Positions 55,373-64,000 of a stretch of 64,000 bases of DNA are shown here, one piece after another. Each line of letters starts with the position of its first letter. The stretch's first letter is position 1. The notes beneath the pieces are model-generated. The model was given only the letters and a program-made list of their open reading frames with translations. It was not told the DNA's origin and made no database searches. Position numbers and translations under genes: made by a program. This stretch comes from Candidatus Latescibacterota bacterium (GTDB lineage Bacteria; Latescibacterota; UBA2968): the NCBI GenBank assembly GCA_965208125.1, contig OZ242320.1, forward strand, positions 4,000,001-4,064,000. The letters run 5' to 3'.

Positions 55373-55822
55373 TCATACCTCCATTGATTCTGTATTATCC
55401 ATTGATTCACGCCAGGTAAATGGATTCTGAATCTTAACTCCTCTGATGACCTGGCCATCATTCAGATCTTCGCTCAGAATCATATCACACCGGGCACTTT
55501 CGGCACAAACCAGCACCAGAGCATCCCAAAAAGAAATTTGGTTATGCTGACTACAGTCAATGGCCTCATAGATCAAGGGAGGCGATACTGGAACCACTTC
55601 AAGATTTCCAAAAGCCTGCAATATGCGCTTGGCCTTTAAAGGATCAACTCCCAGTTTTCGAGTTGCTACTACGAAGAACTCCTGCATGACCTGAGTAGAG
55701 ATGACAGATCTATTTGTTTCTTGCAATTGTTTGAGGATCGCGCGACACGCATTTTGTTTTTCTGGCTCATCCTGATCTGTGGCGTAAATCAGGATATTCG
55801 TATCGAGAAAAACTTTAGACAC
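55373..55822 (-). CDS. PIN domain toxin (VapC)
   Basis: 'FLDTNILIY', 'STQVMQE', 'SFWDAL', 'LSEDL'. Confidence 0.92.
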   Translation of the reverse strand: MSKVFLDTNILIYATDQDEPEKQNACRAILKQLQETNRSVISTQVMQEFFVVATRKLGVDPLKAKRILQAFGNLEVVPVSPPLIYEAIDCSQHNQISFWDALVLVCAESARCDMILSEDLNDGQVIRGVKIQNPFTWRESMDNTESMEV

Positions 55823-56039
55823 GATAGAGGTCTTCCCGTTTCCACCTGACGCCCTGGGAGTGTGCTTGTGCCTGATCCATCAACTTGAAGCATTCATCGA
55901 GCCAGTCCTTTGAGGCAGGCATAACCGTTTGTTTTAGTAAGGAGTGGATTAGGCCATTCAGAGACGTATTGTGCTCTTGAGCATAGGCTCGTCCTGCTTT
56001 TATCACTTCCTCATCGAGAGCAATGGTAATATTTTCCAT
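55815..56039 (-). CDS. RHH-type antitoxin (VapB/DUF6364-like)
   Basis: 'NITIALDEEVIKAGRAYAQEHNTSLNGLI...WKREDLY'; overlaps the PIN gene. Confidence 0.85.
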   Translation of the reverse strand: MENITIALDEEVIKAGRAYAQEHNTSLNGLIHSLLKQTVMPASKDWLDECFKLMDQAQAHSQGVRWKREDLYRV

Positions 56040-56182
56040 GGTATCCGCTTTCTGGAGAAGACGGCATTTTGCCGACAAAGACGAAACGCACCACCAATCA
56101 TTCCTCCTCAAAACCCTTGTAGATATTTTTTCTGGATTGAAAATATCGGAAATGCGATTATGGTCAAGGATTAAATTCTACT

Positions 56183-57610
56183 TTAATCCAAATACGTCAT
56201 CTGTGAAGTTTGAGGCCACTTGAATTGCTCGGGTGCATTTGTCGCGCTTGCCCATTCCCGAATGACTTCCAGATCCCTTCTTTTTTCCAGCATTTTTTCC
56301 GCAACCCACTCAGGGTCCCATCCATCCAGTACTTTTGCTGTTAGTTCTTCCCGAATCGCCTGACATTCGCTGTCGTCCGCCCGATTGTACAATTCCTCTG
56401 GATCTTCGGATAGATTGAATAATTGCGGATCATAGCCGTGATAGTAAATCAGTTTCCAATCGCCCTGTCGAATCATGCGCTGGTAATGGCCTTCGTAGAT
56501 ACAGTATTCTGAAAAAGCAATATCTTCCCATGTATCTACTTCACCGCGCAGCAATGGCAACAGGCTGCGCCCGCGTGAATATGGCAATTCGGGTGTTCCC
56601 AATGCGTCGAGCATGGTTGCATTTAAGTCCAATGCGCTGATGACACAGTTATTGACCTGTCCTTTGGGCAGTGCATCGGGCCAGGAAATAATTGCCGGTA
56701 CTCGAACAGATTCTTCGTAAAATGTTCGCTTCATCCACAATGCTTTTTCACCCACATGTTCACCGTGGTCTGATGAATATACGATCATTGTGTTCTGTGT
56801 AAATCCATTCTTTTCTAATGCCTCCAAAAGTTGTCCGATCATGCGATCCATAGCTGTGACCAGTGCCCAGTAAGCTGCGCGAGCGCGCGTGGTGTCGGCA
56901 TCGTCAATTTCTAAGAAACGGTTCCGGTTTCGCCACCATTGAAAAAAGGGGTGTGACTCATCGCTTGTTGGTTTGGGATGTTTTGGGGGTGTAATCACGT
57001 CGATATACTGGTCGTAATCCGCTTTTCGCGCAATATAAGGCGAGTGTGGTAGCATATATCCCACATGCATACAAAAGGGGGTGTCCGTTTGTCCGCTGCG
57101 TTTTTTTATGCCCTCTCGATTGATAAAATCAATTGCTGCTGCTGTCACATCTTCATCGTGTACTTCGTAACTGCTCTGGCCTGCACCTGATTTTTGAACC
57201 GATTGGATTAAGTTGCTGGGGGCATCGCCTGTGCCCGGGTAATTCGAAGAATGATCTCCAATGGGACGATCCACATACCCGTGCAACTGATCTGTGCCCA
57301 GGGCGTGCATGCGGCCTATGAGCACGGGGTGGTAGCCCGCCGCGCCCATTGCGTGCGCGAGTGTTGGCCGTCCCGAATCCAGGATGTGATGGTTTGTCCA
57401 TACTTCATTTTCATAAGGATACCGCCCCGTTAACATCGACATCCGCGATGGCGTGCATACAGGCGATGGACAATAGGCATTGTTAAATCTTATGCCTTGT
57501 GCAGCGAGTGAATCCAGATGGGGTGTTTGAACGAGTGGATCGCCATAACAGCCGAGCACCTTTGGGCTGTGCTGGTCTGAGTGGATGTAGAGCAAGTTTG
57601 GTCGGTTCAT
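56183..57610 (-). CDS. formylglycine-dependent sulfatase (choline-sulfatase-like)
   Basis: 'PNLLYIHSDQH', CxPxR 'CTPSR', 'SDHGE', 'LFNLSEDPEE'. Confidence 0.92.
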   Translation of the reverse strand: MNRPNLLYIHSDQHSPKVLGCYGDPLVQTPHLDSLAAQGIRFNNAYCPSPVCTPSRMSMLTGRYPYENEVWTNHHILDSGRPTLAHAMGAAGYHPVLIGRMHALGTDQLHGYVDRPIGDHSSNYPGTGDAPSNLIQSVQKSGAGQSSYEVHDEDVTAAAIDFINREGIKKRSGQTDTPFCMHVGYMLPHSPYIARKADYDQYIDVITPPKHPKPTSDESHPFFQWWRNRNRFLEIDDADTTRARAAYWALVTAMDRMIGQLLEALEKNGFTQNTMIVYSSDHGEHVGEKALWMKRTFYEESVRVPAIISWPDALPKGQVNNCVISALDLNATMLDALGTPELPYSRGRSLLPLLRGEVDTWEDIAFSEYCIYEGHYQRMIRQGDWKLIYYHGYDPQLFNLSEDPEELYNRADDSECQAIREELTAKVLDGWDPEWVAEKMLEKRRDLEVIREWASATNAPEQFKWPQTSQMTYLD

Positions 57611-57694
57611 GTTTGAGTCCTTTTCACCAGTACACAGAAGGCAGGCAGCGGATACCCGTGCCTGCCATTATTTGGCCAATCAAGAGTGTAACAA

Positions 57695-58666
57695 CTATTT
57701 CTCACTTGCAGCTACTGTATTTACCAATCGGCCGATGCCCGAGATCTCAATTTCCACCGTGTCGCCCGGTTTCATATAGGTTCCCGTTGTATCGCCCACA
57801 CCCGAAATTGTACCTGTGCTGATTAGATCGCCCGGTTCGAGGGTGATAATTGCCGAGATGTATTCGATAATTTTATCTACGGGATACAACATTTGTCCCG
57901 TGTTGTTGTGCTGTTTGCGGTCGCCATTCACATATGTGCTGATGTCGAGGGTGTGTGGGTCTGTGATTTCATCTGAGGTTACAATCCACGGTCCTTGCGG
58001 TGCAAAGGTGTCCAGCCATTTGCCGTTTAACCAGTCAAACCATTCATCTCTTGGGCGGCTGTCTGTGCGTTTTTTGATTTGCAACATGCGTTCGGAGACA
58101 TCGTTCATGACCGTATAACCGGCGATATAATCCAATGCGTCTTCTGCCTGTACGCCCTTTGCCTCTCGGCCTATTACGACGGCCAATTCGCCTTCCCAAT
58201 CTACGCCTCTTGCGATGGGGGGGATCAAAATTTGATCGCCCGGTCCGATTACAGTCGATGTTGGAGGCTTCATAAATACGCGCGGCGTTTCCTTGTCTTG
58301 AATTTGCATCTTGGTCGTGCCGCTTTCTTCAATGTGATCCTGATAATTGCCCGCCAGGCAGAATAATTTGCGCGGATTGGGCATTGGTGCGCTCAATTTG
58401 ACGTCGCTGACGGCAAAACTGGTTGCGCCATCCGGTGTGCCATTTAAACGCTTTTCGGCATCAGCCGCCGCCTGTTGTGCCGCAGTCCTGCCCTCGGCCC
58501 CGGCTTCGAGAAGGGTCAGCATATCCGTAAAAAAGGGATGTGATTCGCGGTTTTCTGATTGGGCTAATGCTCTGTCTGCTGCGGCGAGATCGACAACAAT
58601 CGCGTCATTTGCGACGACTGCGCCAATGGATTCTGCACCGCCGACTGAATAAGTCGCGAGTTTCAT
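57695..58666 (-). CDS. fumarylacetoacetate hydrolase family protein
   Basis: 'NYQDH', 'DWEGELAVVIG', 'NDVSER', 'GKWLDTFAPQGP', 'TGT'. Confidence 0.93.
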   Translation of the reverse strand: MKLATYSVGGAESIGAVVANDAIVVDLAAADRALAQSENRESHPFFTDMLTLLEAGAEGRTAAQQAAADAEKRLNGTPDGATSFAVSDVKLSAPMPNPRKLFCLAGNYQDHIEESGTTKMQIQDKETPRVFMKPPTSTVIGPGDQILIPPIARGVDWEGELAVVIGREAKGVQAEDALDYIAGYTVMNDVSERMLQIKKRTDSRPRDEWFDWLNGKWLDTFAPQGPWIVTSDEITDPHTLDISTYVNGDRKQHNNTGQMLYPVDKIIEYISAIITLEPGDLISTGTISGVGDTTGTYMKPGDTVEIEISGIGRLVNTVAASEK

Positions 58667-58691
58667 ATTTTTCTCCTTGTACGACGAATGC

Positions 58692-59555
58692 TTAATGGCT
58701 GGTAAACGACAATGGAAATGTCGGTTCTTGTGCCTGTTTTTGCGTGGGGGATTCGATCTTTTGATGATAATATTCTTCGACGAATTGCGCCAGATTTTTG
58801 CTCGCTTCTTCAAACACAATTTTGCCCTTTTCTGCGGTTGCCTTTTCCGCCTCGCCCATCACGCCCGAATCCGTATATTGACTCGTCCATTCAATTATGC
58901 CCACAGGTCCTCTGCTGAATAGATCAGTCCAGACGAATTTGGATCCCCGTTTATTGGTCCTGGCAATTTCACTCTTGATTTTATCTTTTCGTACGCTTTC
59001 CGGAGACAAATAGAGCAACATGGATGTTTCCAATTCGCCCGCATGCGAACATCCGCCGGGAAACACGCTCTCGCGCCATTCTTTGTCAAAGTCCGGATCG
59101 ACCTTGAGCAGTTGCCACCACGAGCAGAAAGCGCAACTCGCGTCTGTTTCTACGATTGTGCGCCGGGCGACCATTTCGACCAGATTGTGGTTGGAACCAT
59201 GCCCATTGACGAGGATCATTTTCTTAAAGCCGTGATAGGCAAGGCTTTTGCAAATGTCCAGCAGGTACTGAATGAAGTGTTCGTAGTGAATATTCAGCGA
59301 GCCAGGAAAATCCATGACGTGGTGTACATAGCCATAACTTACAGGCGGTAGTACCAGGCTGTATTCCGGCTTTAAGCGGGCGCCTTCTGTTGCCACGGCA
59401 TTGGCACACAGATGATCGACTTTCAAGGGCAAGTGATGCCCATGTTGTTCGACTGCGCCAGTTGGGATAATCGGAATTTTTCCCATTTCCACCGCTTCGT
59501 TCACTTCGGGCCAGGTCAGTTCGTCAAATTTGTAGATATCTTTTACAGAGGCCAT
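58692..59555 (-). CDS. creatininase family amidohydrolase
   Basis: 'EQHGHHLP..D', 'NGHGSN', 'HAGELETS'. Confidence 0.93.
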   Translation of the reverse strand: MASVKDIYKFDELTWPEVNEAVEMGKIPIIPTGAVEQHGHHLPLKVDHLCANAVATEGARLKPEYSLVLPPVSYGYVHHVMDFPGSLNIHYEHFIQYLLDICKSLAYHGFKKMILVNGHGSNHNLVEMVARRTIVETDASCAFCSWWQLLKVDPDFDKEWRESVFPGGCSHAGELETSMLLYLSPESVRKDKIKSEIARTNKRGSKFVWTDLFSRGPVGIIEWTSQYTDSGVMGEAEKATAEKGKIVFEEASKNLAQFVEEYYHQKIESPTQKQAQEPTFPLSFTSH

Positions 59556-59581
59556 TATTTAACCTTTCTAAAGTCAGTTGT

Positions 59582-60646
59582 TCAATCTCTAATCGACACA
59601 TCGCCGCCGCTCGATTCTTTCACTTTAACAGGCTTTGCGCCGCCACGCACCAGGATGTCACCGCCAGAACTGGCATGGGCGCTTACAGTTTCAGTCAAAA
59701 TAGTAGTGATATCGGCACCACTGGAAGCCCGCAGATTGCCATGCTGGCAAGTGAGATCGTTCGCTTTTACATCCCCACTGGTGCTCGCTTTGGCGTCCAA
59801 ATTATCGCACGTTCCGGACAGGACTACATCCCCACTGGTACTGGCATCTACGGATACATTTCCTCCCGAGACTTTCGCGCGGATATTACCAGAGGTGGAG
59901 GCTCGCAAATCGATTTGCTGGGCAGTGAGGTCACTCGCCTTTACATCCCCACTGGTGCTCGCTTTGGCGCTCAAATTATCGCACTTTCCGGACAGGACTA
60001 CATCCCCACTGGTACTCGCTTTGATGTCCAGTTTCTCGTAAGTCCCCGATACGACCACATCGCCACTGGTGCTCGCATCTACGGATACATCGCCTCCCGC
60101 GACTTCCGCATTGATGTCTCCGGATGAGGTCGCTTTGATGGACAGATCAGAAGTTTTGATTCCCTTTGCCGTTACGATGCTGCTGGAAGATGCACCGAGA
60201 CGGTCGATACTGGGGACGGTAACGCGCACTGTGTAGGTGGGGACGCGTTCGCCATTTATTTTTATCACGCGCTGCCCATCGACGCGCTTAACCGATATGT
60301 TCTTGCCGTCGGATCCTATGCCGAAGAACCGTCGCCAACTCGATGTGTTCTCTCCTTTCCATATCTCTTCGGGACGCGTGGCAATAAGTACGCCATCTTC
60401 CATCCGCAATTCCAGGCCGCTAAAATCGCCACTCTCGGTATAAGCCACTACACTGAAGGCATTGCCCTGTGTGAGTTCGATGTCAACGGCAGCACTGGCA
60501 TATACACCGGTAAATCCGCTGAGATTGTATGTCTTACTCTGTTCGCTCATTTTGTCTCTCCTTGTTGACTCCTCAGCGTGACTTGTAAGCCAACTCACAA
60601 GCGCAACCATGACCAGAAAAATAGTAAGATATCGTTGAAATTGCAT
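59582..60646 (-). CDS. head GIN / DUF2807 beta-solenoid protein with expanded repeats
   Basis: signal peptide; repeated xASTSGDV units; C-terminal 'ASSGADI...ASSGGDI'. Confidence 0.85.
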   Translation of the reverse strand: MQFQRYLTIFLVMVALVSWLTSHAEESTRRDKMSEQSKTYNLSGFTGVYASAAVDIELTQGNAFSVVAYTESGDFSGLELRMEDGVLIATRPEEIWKGENTSSWRRFFGIGSDGKNISVKRVDGQRVIKINGERVPTYTVRVTVPSIDRLGASSSSIVTAKGIKTSDLSIKATSSGDINAEVAGGDVSVDASTSGDVVVSGTYEKLDIKASTSGDVVLSGKCDNLSAKASTSGDVKASDLTAQQIDLRASTSGNIRAKVSGGNVSVDASTSGDVVLSGTCDNLDAKASTSGDVKANDLTCQHGNLRASSGADITTILTETVSAHASSGGDILVRGGAKPVKVKESSGGDVSIRD

Positions 60647-60808
60647 TGTAATCCTCCTTGCTTTGTCACGTCTGCTGGGCGGGCAGAGGAGCACCGCCCC
60701 TACTTTACCCTGAACTCTGCCACCACATCTTCATCAAGGTGAGACGTGAAATCCTGCAAAAAGTTACATTTCTCTCCATTTTGTGAGGTTAGACGGCTCG
60801 CTACGGCC

Positions 60809-61606
60809 TTACCCCTTTTGCAATACCCGCCACCGGTCGTACAATGGGCGCATCTCTTTTGGCAAAAATCCGCGCACATTGTCCGCGAGCATCCACTTCA
60901 GACGCGGGTCCACCTCGGAGGGTTTACTATCTTTCGTGTACATACTCCAGCTTCCGGACAGGGTCAATCGCTCCACATCCTTTTTCATTACTCCGCGGTG
61001 AATTAAATTGCCAGTCCAAAACACGGTTTGCCCGGCTTTGAGGGGTACGGCATATTGTCCCGGAATATCGTCGTGGCGTTCTTCTAACAAGCACCTGCGC
61101 TCGTGGGCGGTGCGATACCTTTTGTGACTGCCGGGCACAATTTGCAGGCAATAGTCATCCACCAGGGCGAGATGCCACCTCAAACCTCTTTGGGGACGAT
61201 TCAAAATTTCCATTTCTACCCGATACGATCCGTCGCGTTCCTTACTTCCAAAATCCCGGTGCCAGCCAAAACCGTAATCCGCTTGATATGGATTTGTGAA
61301 GATGAGTGTGCCTCCCAATTGCAACTGCGTGCCCAAAAAAGCGCGCGTGTATTTCATTATGGGTTCTGACATCAGATATTCGGCAAAAAGCGGTTCGTTC
61401 ATCTCGGGGGCAAACAACCCTCGAATTGCCCAGGGATCTCCGTCCTCCGAGCGGTGGGTGTACAAATCCACGTCACCTGAACGCACCTTTTGCTTGGTGC
61501 GAATCGCAGCTTCTAACAGGGGTTTTAGCATATCGGGATCGACGGCGTCATCGACGATAAAAAACCCTTGCTTCCTGTACTGCCGTTTCTCGGTGTCGCA
61601 AAACAT
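60809..61606 (-). CDS. PhyH family dioxygenase
   Basis: 'QGFFIV', 'WHRD', 'VPGSHKR', 'LIHRG', 'RLTL'; AAGGAGG RBS before 61606. Confidence 0.88.
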   Translation of the reverse strand: MFCDTEKRQYRKQGFFIVDDAVDPDMLKPLLEAAIRTKQKVRSGDVDLYTHRSEDGDPWAIRGLFAPEMNEPLFAEYLMSEPIMKYTRAFLGTQLQLGGTLIFTNPYQADYGFGWHRDFGSKERDGSYRVEMEILNRPQRGLRWHLALVDDYCLQIVPGSHKRYRTAHERRCLLEERHDDIPGQYAVPLKAGQTVFWTGNLIHRGVMKKDVERLTLSGSWSMYTKDSKPSEVDPRLKWMLADNVRGFLPKEMRPLYDRWRVLQKG

Positions 61607-61751
61607 GACCGCCTCCTTTCTTGTGCGGCGCAATATAGGTGTGTCGCGCGGTAAATACAAAAAAAAAGCGCGGGGGTATTGCGCGAGACGAAGCAGAAAA
61701 TAGTGGCAGGTCAGTGTCATTGTGATATTTTAAGGGAGGATATAAAGTATT

Positions 61752-63977
61752 GTGGAGCAAGCGATTGAAATGGAGGAAGACATGATTGGACCGCGGTTGG
61801 GTGATGAAGCGTTTTTTGAGGCGCTCGATTTGTCGCGTGAGGATATGAGAGATGTGAAAAGGGCGGTGGAAATGCGAGATTGGACAGGGGCGCGGCGTGC
61901 GTTCGCAGAACACATTCGCACGCGTGAATATCCAAAGTGGTTTTCAGATTGGCGAAACCGGTCAGAGCCACAAGACCGGGATGCAGAGGTCGAACTGGTG
62001 CGCGTGGGAGATCGCGCGATCAGAGATGTTGATCTCGAAAAAGCCGATCACATTGTGGCAAATACGCTGATGAGTTGTGATGTGGAAGAGGTGTTTGGGG
62101 ATGTGATCAATTGGGAATTGGATCCGATCAATTACAGAGAATGGACGTGGCAGTTGTCTCGCCATCCGTTTTGGGTCACGCTGGGGCAGGCGTATTGGAA
62201 AACGGGCGATGAAAAATATGCCAGGGCATTCAGGCGACAGATGCGGCACTGGATTGAACATGTGCTGATGCCGGTGGGAGAGGATGGCAATACCTGGAAA
62301 GACGATGCAGAGATGGATACGGATCGCACAAATTGCTGGCGCACGATTGAATGTGGGATTCGGATGGGACAGACGTGGCCCTCGGCGTTTTACTATTTTC
62401 TTTCTTCTGAAACATTTGCTGATGACGATGTGTGTTTGATGGTGAAGAGTATGGTCGAACACGCGCGACATCTCACGCTATGGCCGCGCGGTGGCAACTG
62501 GCAGACGATGCAGGCCAATGGTCAATATCACGTTGGGGCGTTGTTTCCCGAGTTCAAAGAAGCCGCGAGCTGGCGTGAGATTGCAATGCAGTCGCTGTAT
62601 GAGGAATTGGATGAGCAGGTTTATCCCGATGGCGCACAGATTGAGTTGTCGAGCGGGTATCATCAGGTGAGTTTGCGAAATTTTGTGATGGCGCTCGCGA
62701 TTGCGCGGTTGAATGATTTGTCTCTGCCGGAGGATTATGTCGCAAAATTGGAGCGGATGTATCACTACGATCTGTATCTGGCTATGCCCAATTTGCGTTT
62801 GCCCGCGCTCAATGATGGCGGCCAGACGGATATTGTGCCCTATATGCAGGGTGGGTTCAGATTTTTTCCAGAACGGACGGATTTTCAATGGGCGGGGTCT
62901 GGGCGTGCTGAAGGAATAAAGCCGGAAACGCTGTCGTGCGCTTTTCCCTACGCGGGACATTTTGTCATGCGTTCGGGATGGGAACCGGATGATCTCTATC
63001 TCTTTTTTGACGGCGGTCCGTTTGGCTATGGGCATCAGCACGAAGATAAGTTGAATATCATGCTGTACGCACACGGTCGCGTGCATGTGGTGGATCCAGG
63101 GAATTATCCTTATGATTCGTCGCAGTGGCGCGCTTATGTGCTGTCAACCCGCGCGCACAATACGGTTATGGTGGATGGGATGGAGCAGAATCAGCGTGGG
63201 AAATCGCGAGAGGAATACGTGGTGTCCGAGCCGCTGCCGCATACGTGGATTTCAAATGAGAAATGCGATTATGCGTCGGCGAGTTACGATTTGGGATATG
63301 GGCCTGAGCGGGATCAGATGGTTACACATACGCGGTCGATTTTGTTTGTGAAACCCGAGTTCTGGATAGTAACAGATATTCTCATGCCCTCGGATGAGGC
63401 GTCTCATATGTATGAAGCGATGTTTCATCTGGATGCAGATGATGCCGAGGTGCTGGCGAATGGGCGCGGTGTTATAACGAAAAATAGCGCGGGAGAGAGC
63501 AATCTGGGCATTTATGCCATTTCGACAAAGCCGATAGATGTGCGGATTGTAAGTGGACAGGAAGAGCCGACTGTGCAGGGTTGGATTCCACGAGGGGGAC
63601 CCTATCAGTGCGAACCCATTCCAACGGCAATTTTCAAAGCAGAAGGTGATGGCCCCACGCTGATGTCCTACATTTTATATCCCGTAAAAGCGGGTGAAGG
63701 ATCTCCTGTAGCACATGTGGAATACATTCCCGCTGTGGGAGACAATGGACGAGTTGCGATTGCCGGGCGGGTTGCATTGCGCGATGGCAGGGAGATTTAT
63801 TTTGTGCAATCAGAAGCGGGCGAAGGGTGGATACGCGTTGCTGATGGGGAAACCGATGCCGAAGCGGGCGCGATGGAATTGGTCGATGGATGGGTGAATA
63901 AAATAGCTCTCGCAAATGGACAAACAGTGCGGGTATATGGACAGGAGATTCGGGAGGGGCACGGTGTAAGTTTATAA
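61752..63977 (+). CDS. heparinase II/III family polysaccharide lyase
   Basis: 'NWQTM', 'DGAQIELSSGYH', 'GHQHEDKL', 'STRAHNTVMVDG'. Confidence 0.88.
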   Translation: MEQAIEMEEDMIGPRLGDEAFFEALDLSREDMRDVKRAVEMRDWTGARRAFAEHIRTREYPKWFSDWRNRSEPQDRDAEVELVRVGDRAIRDVDLEKADHIVANTLMSCDVEEVFGDVINWELDPINYREWTWQLSRHPFWVTLGQAYWKTGDEKYARAFRRQMRHWIEHVLMPVGEDGNTWKDDAEMDTDRTNCWRTIECGIRMGQTWPSAFYYFLSSETFADDDVCLMVKSMVEHARHLTLWPRGGNWQTMQANGQYHVGALFPEFKEAASWREIAMQSLYEELDEQVYPDGAQIELSSGYHQVSLRNFVMALAIARLNDLSLPEDYVAKLERMYHYDLYLAMPNLRLPALNDGGQTDIVPYMQGGFRFFPERTDFQWAGSGRAEGIKPETLSCAFPYAGHFVMRSGWEPDDLYLFFDGGPFGYGHQHEDKLNIMLYAHGRVHVVDPGNYPYDSSQWRAYVLSTRAHNTVMVDGMEQNQRGKSREEYVVSEPLPHTWISNEKCDYASASYDLGYGPERDQMVTHTRSILFVKPEFWIVTDILMPSDEASHMYEAMFHLDADDAEVLANGRGVITKNSAGESNLGIYAISTKPIDVRIVSGQEEPTVQGWIPRGGPYQCEPIPTAIFKAEGDGPTLMSYILYPVKAGEGSPVAHVEYIPAVGDNGRVAIAGRVALRDGREIYFVQSEAGEGWIRVADGETDAEAGAMELVDGWVNKIALANGQTVRVYGQEIREGHGVSL

Positions 63978-64000
63978 CTGTTTGATGTCGATGCCGCCGT

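Overview
Bacterial chromosomal window. The content suggests an FCB-group, Latescibacterota/Gemmatimonadota-like organism, possibly host- or sponge-associated (inference only, from the dockerin-like/CARDB protein, many PhyH dioxygenases, sulfatase, heparinase, group II GGGP synthase and large SRP RNA). Positions 1-8340 form a decaying defence-type island downstream of a tRNA-Asn 3' end. It holds an AbiC-like gene, a single-chain type IIG-like restriction-modification enzyme, a TIGR02391 protein, a split FRG gene, methyltransferase and Rpn remnants, an IS3-like MITE and an 18-bp direct repeat. The rest is mostly core genome: tadA, three more tRNAs, ffs, dnaX-ybaB-recR-pgsA-pgpA-thpR-recA-[insert]-recX-alaS, GGGP synthase, ptsH-ptsI-metK, sucC and dnaK. 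Accessory genes are interspersed. The most striking items are: (1) a 988-aa secreted protein between recA and recX with 15 (10+5) propeller-blade repeats that have a near-constant DNA scaffold and two hypervariable loops; (2) an RpiB with a microcompartment encapsulation-peptide-like N-terminus; (3) an Omp85-DUF4390-NtrY/NtrX-like operon behind a sigma54 promoter; (4) an XPB helicase/DUF790 nuclease cluster; (5) a PhyH enzyme with a halogenase-like HxA motif; (6) a sigma54-type promoter upstream of dnaK. All family calls come from motif recognition by eye, without database searches.
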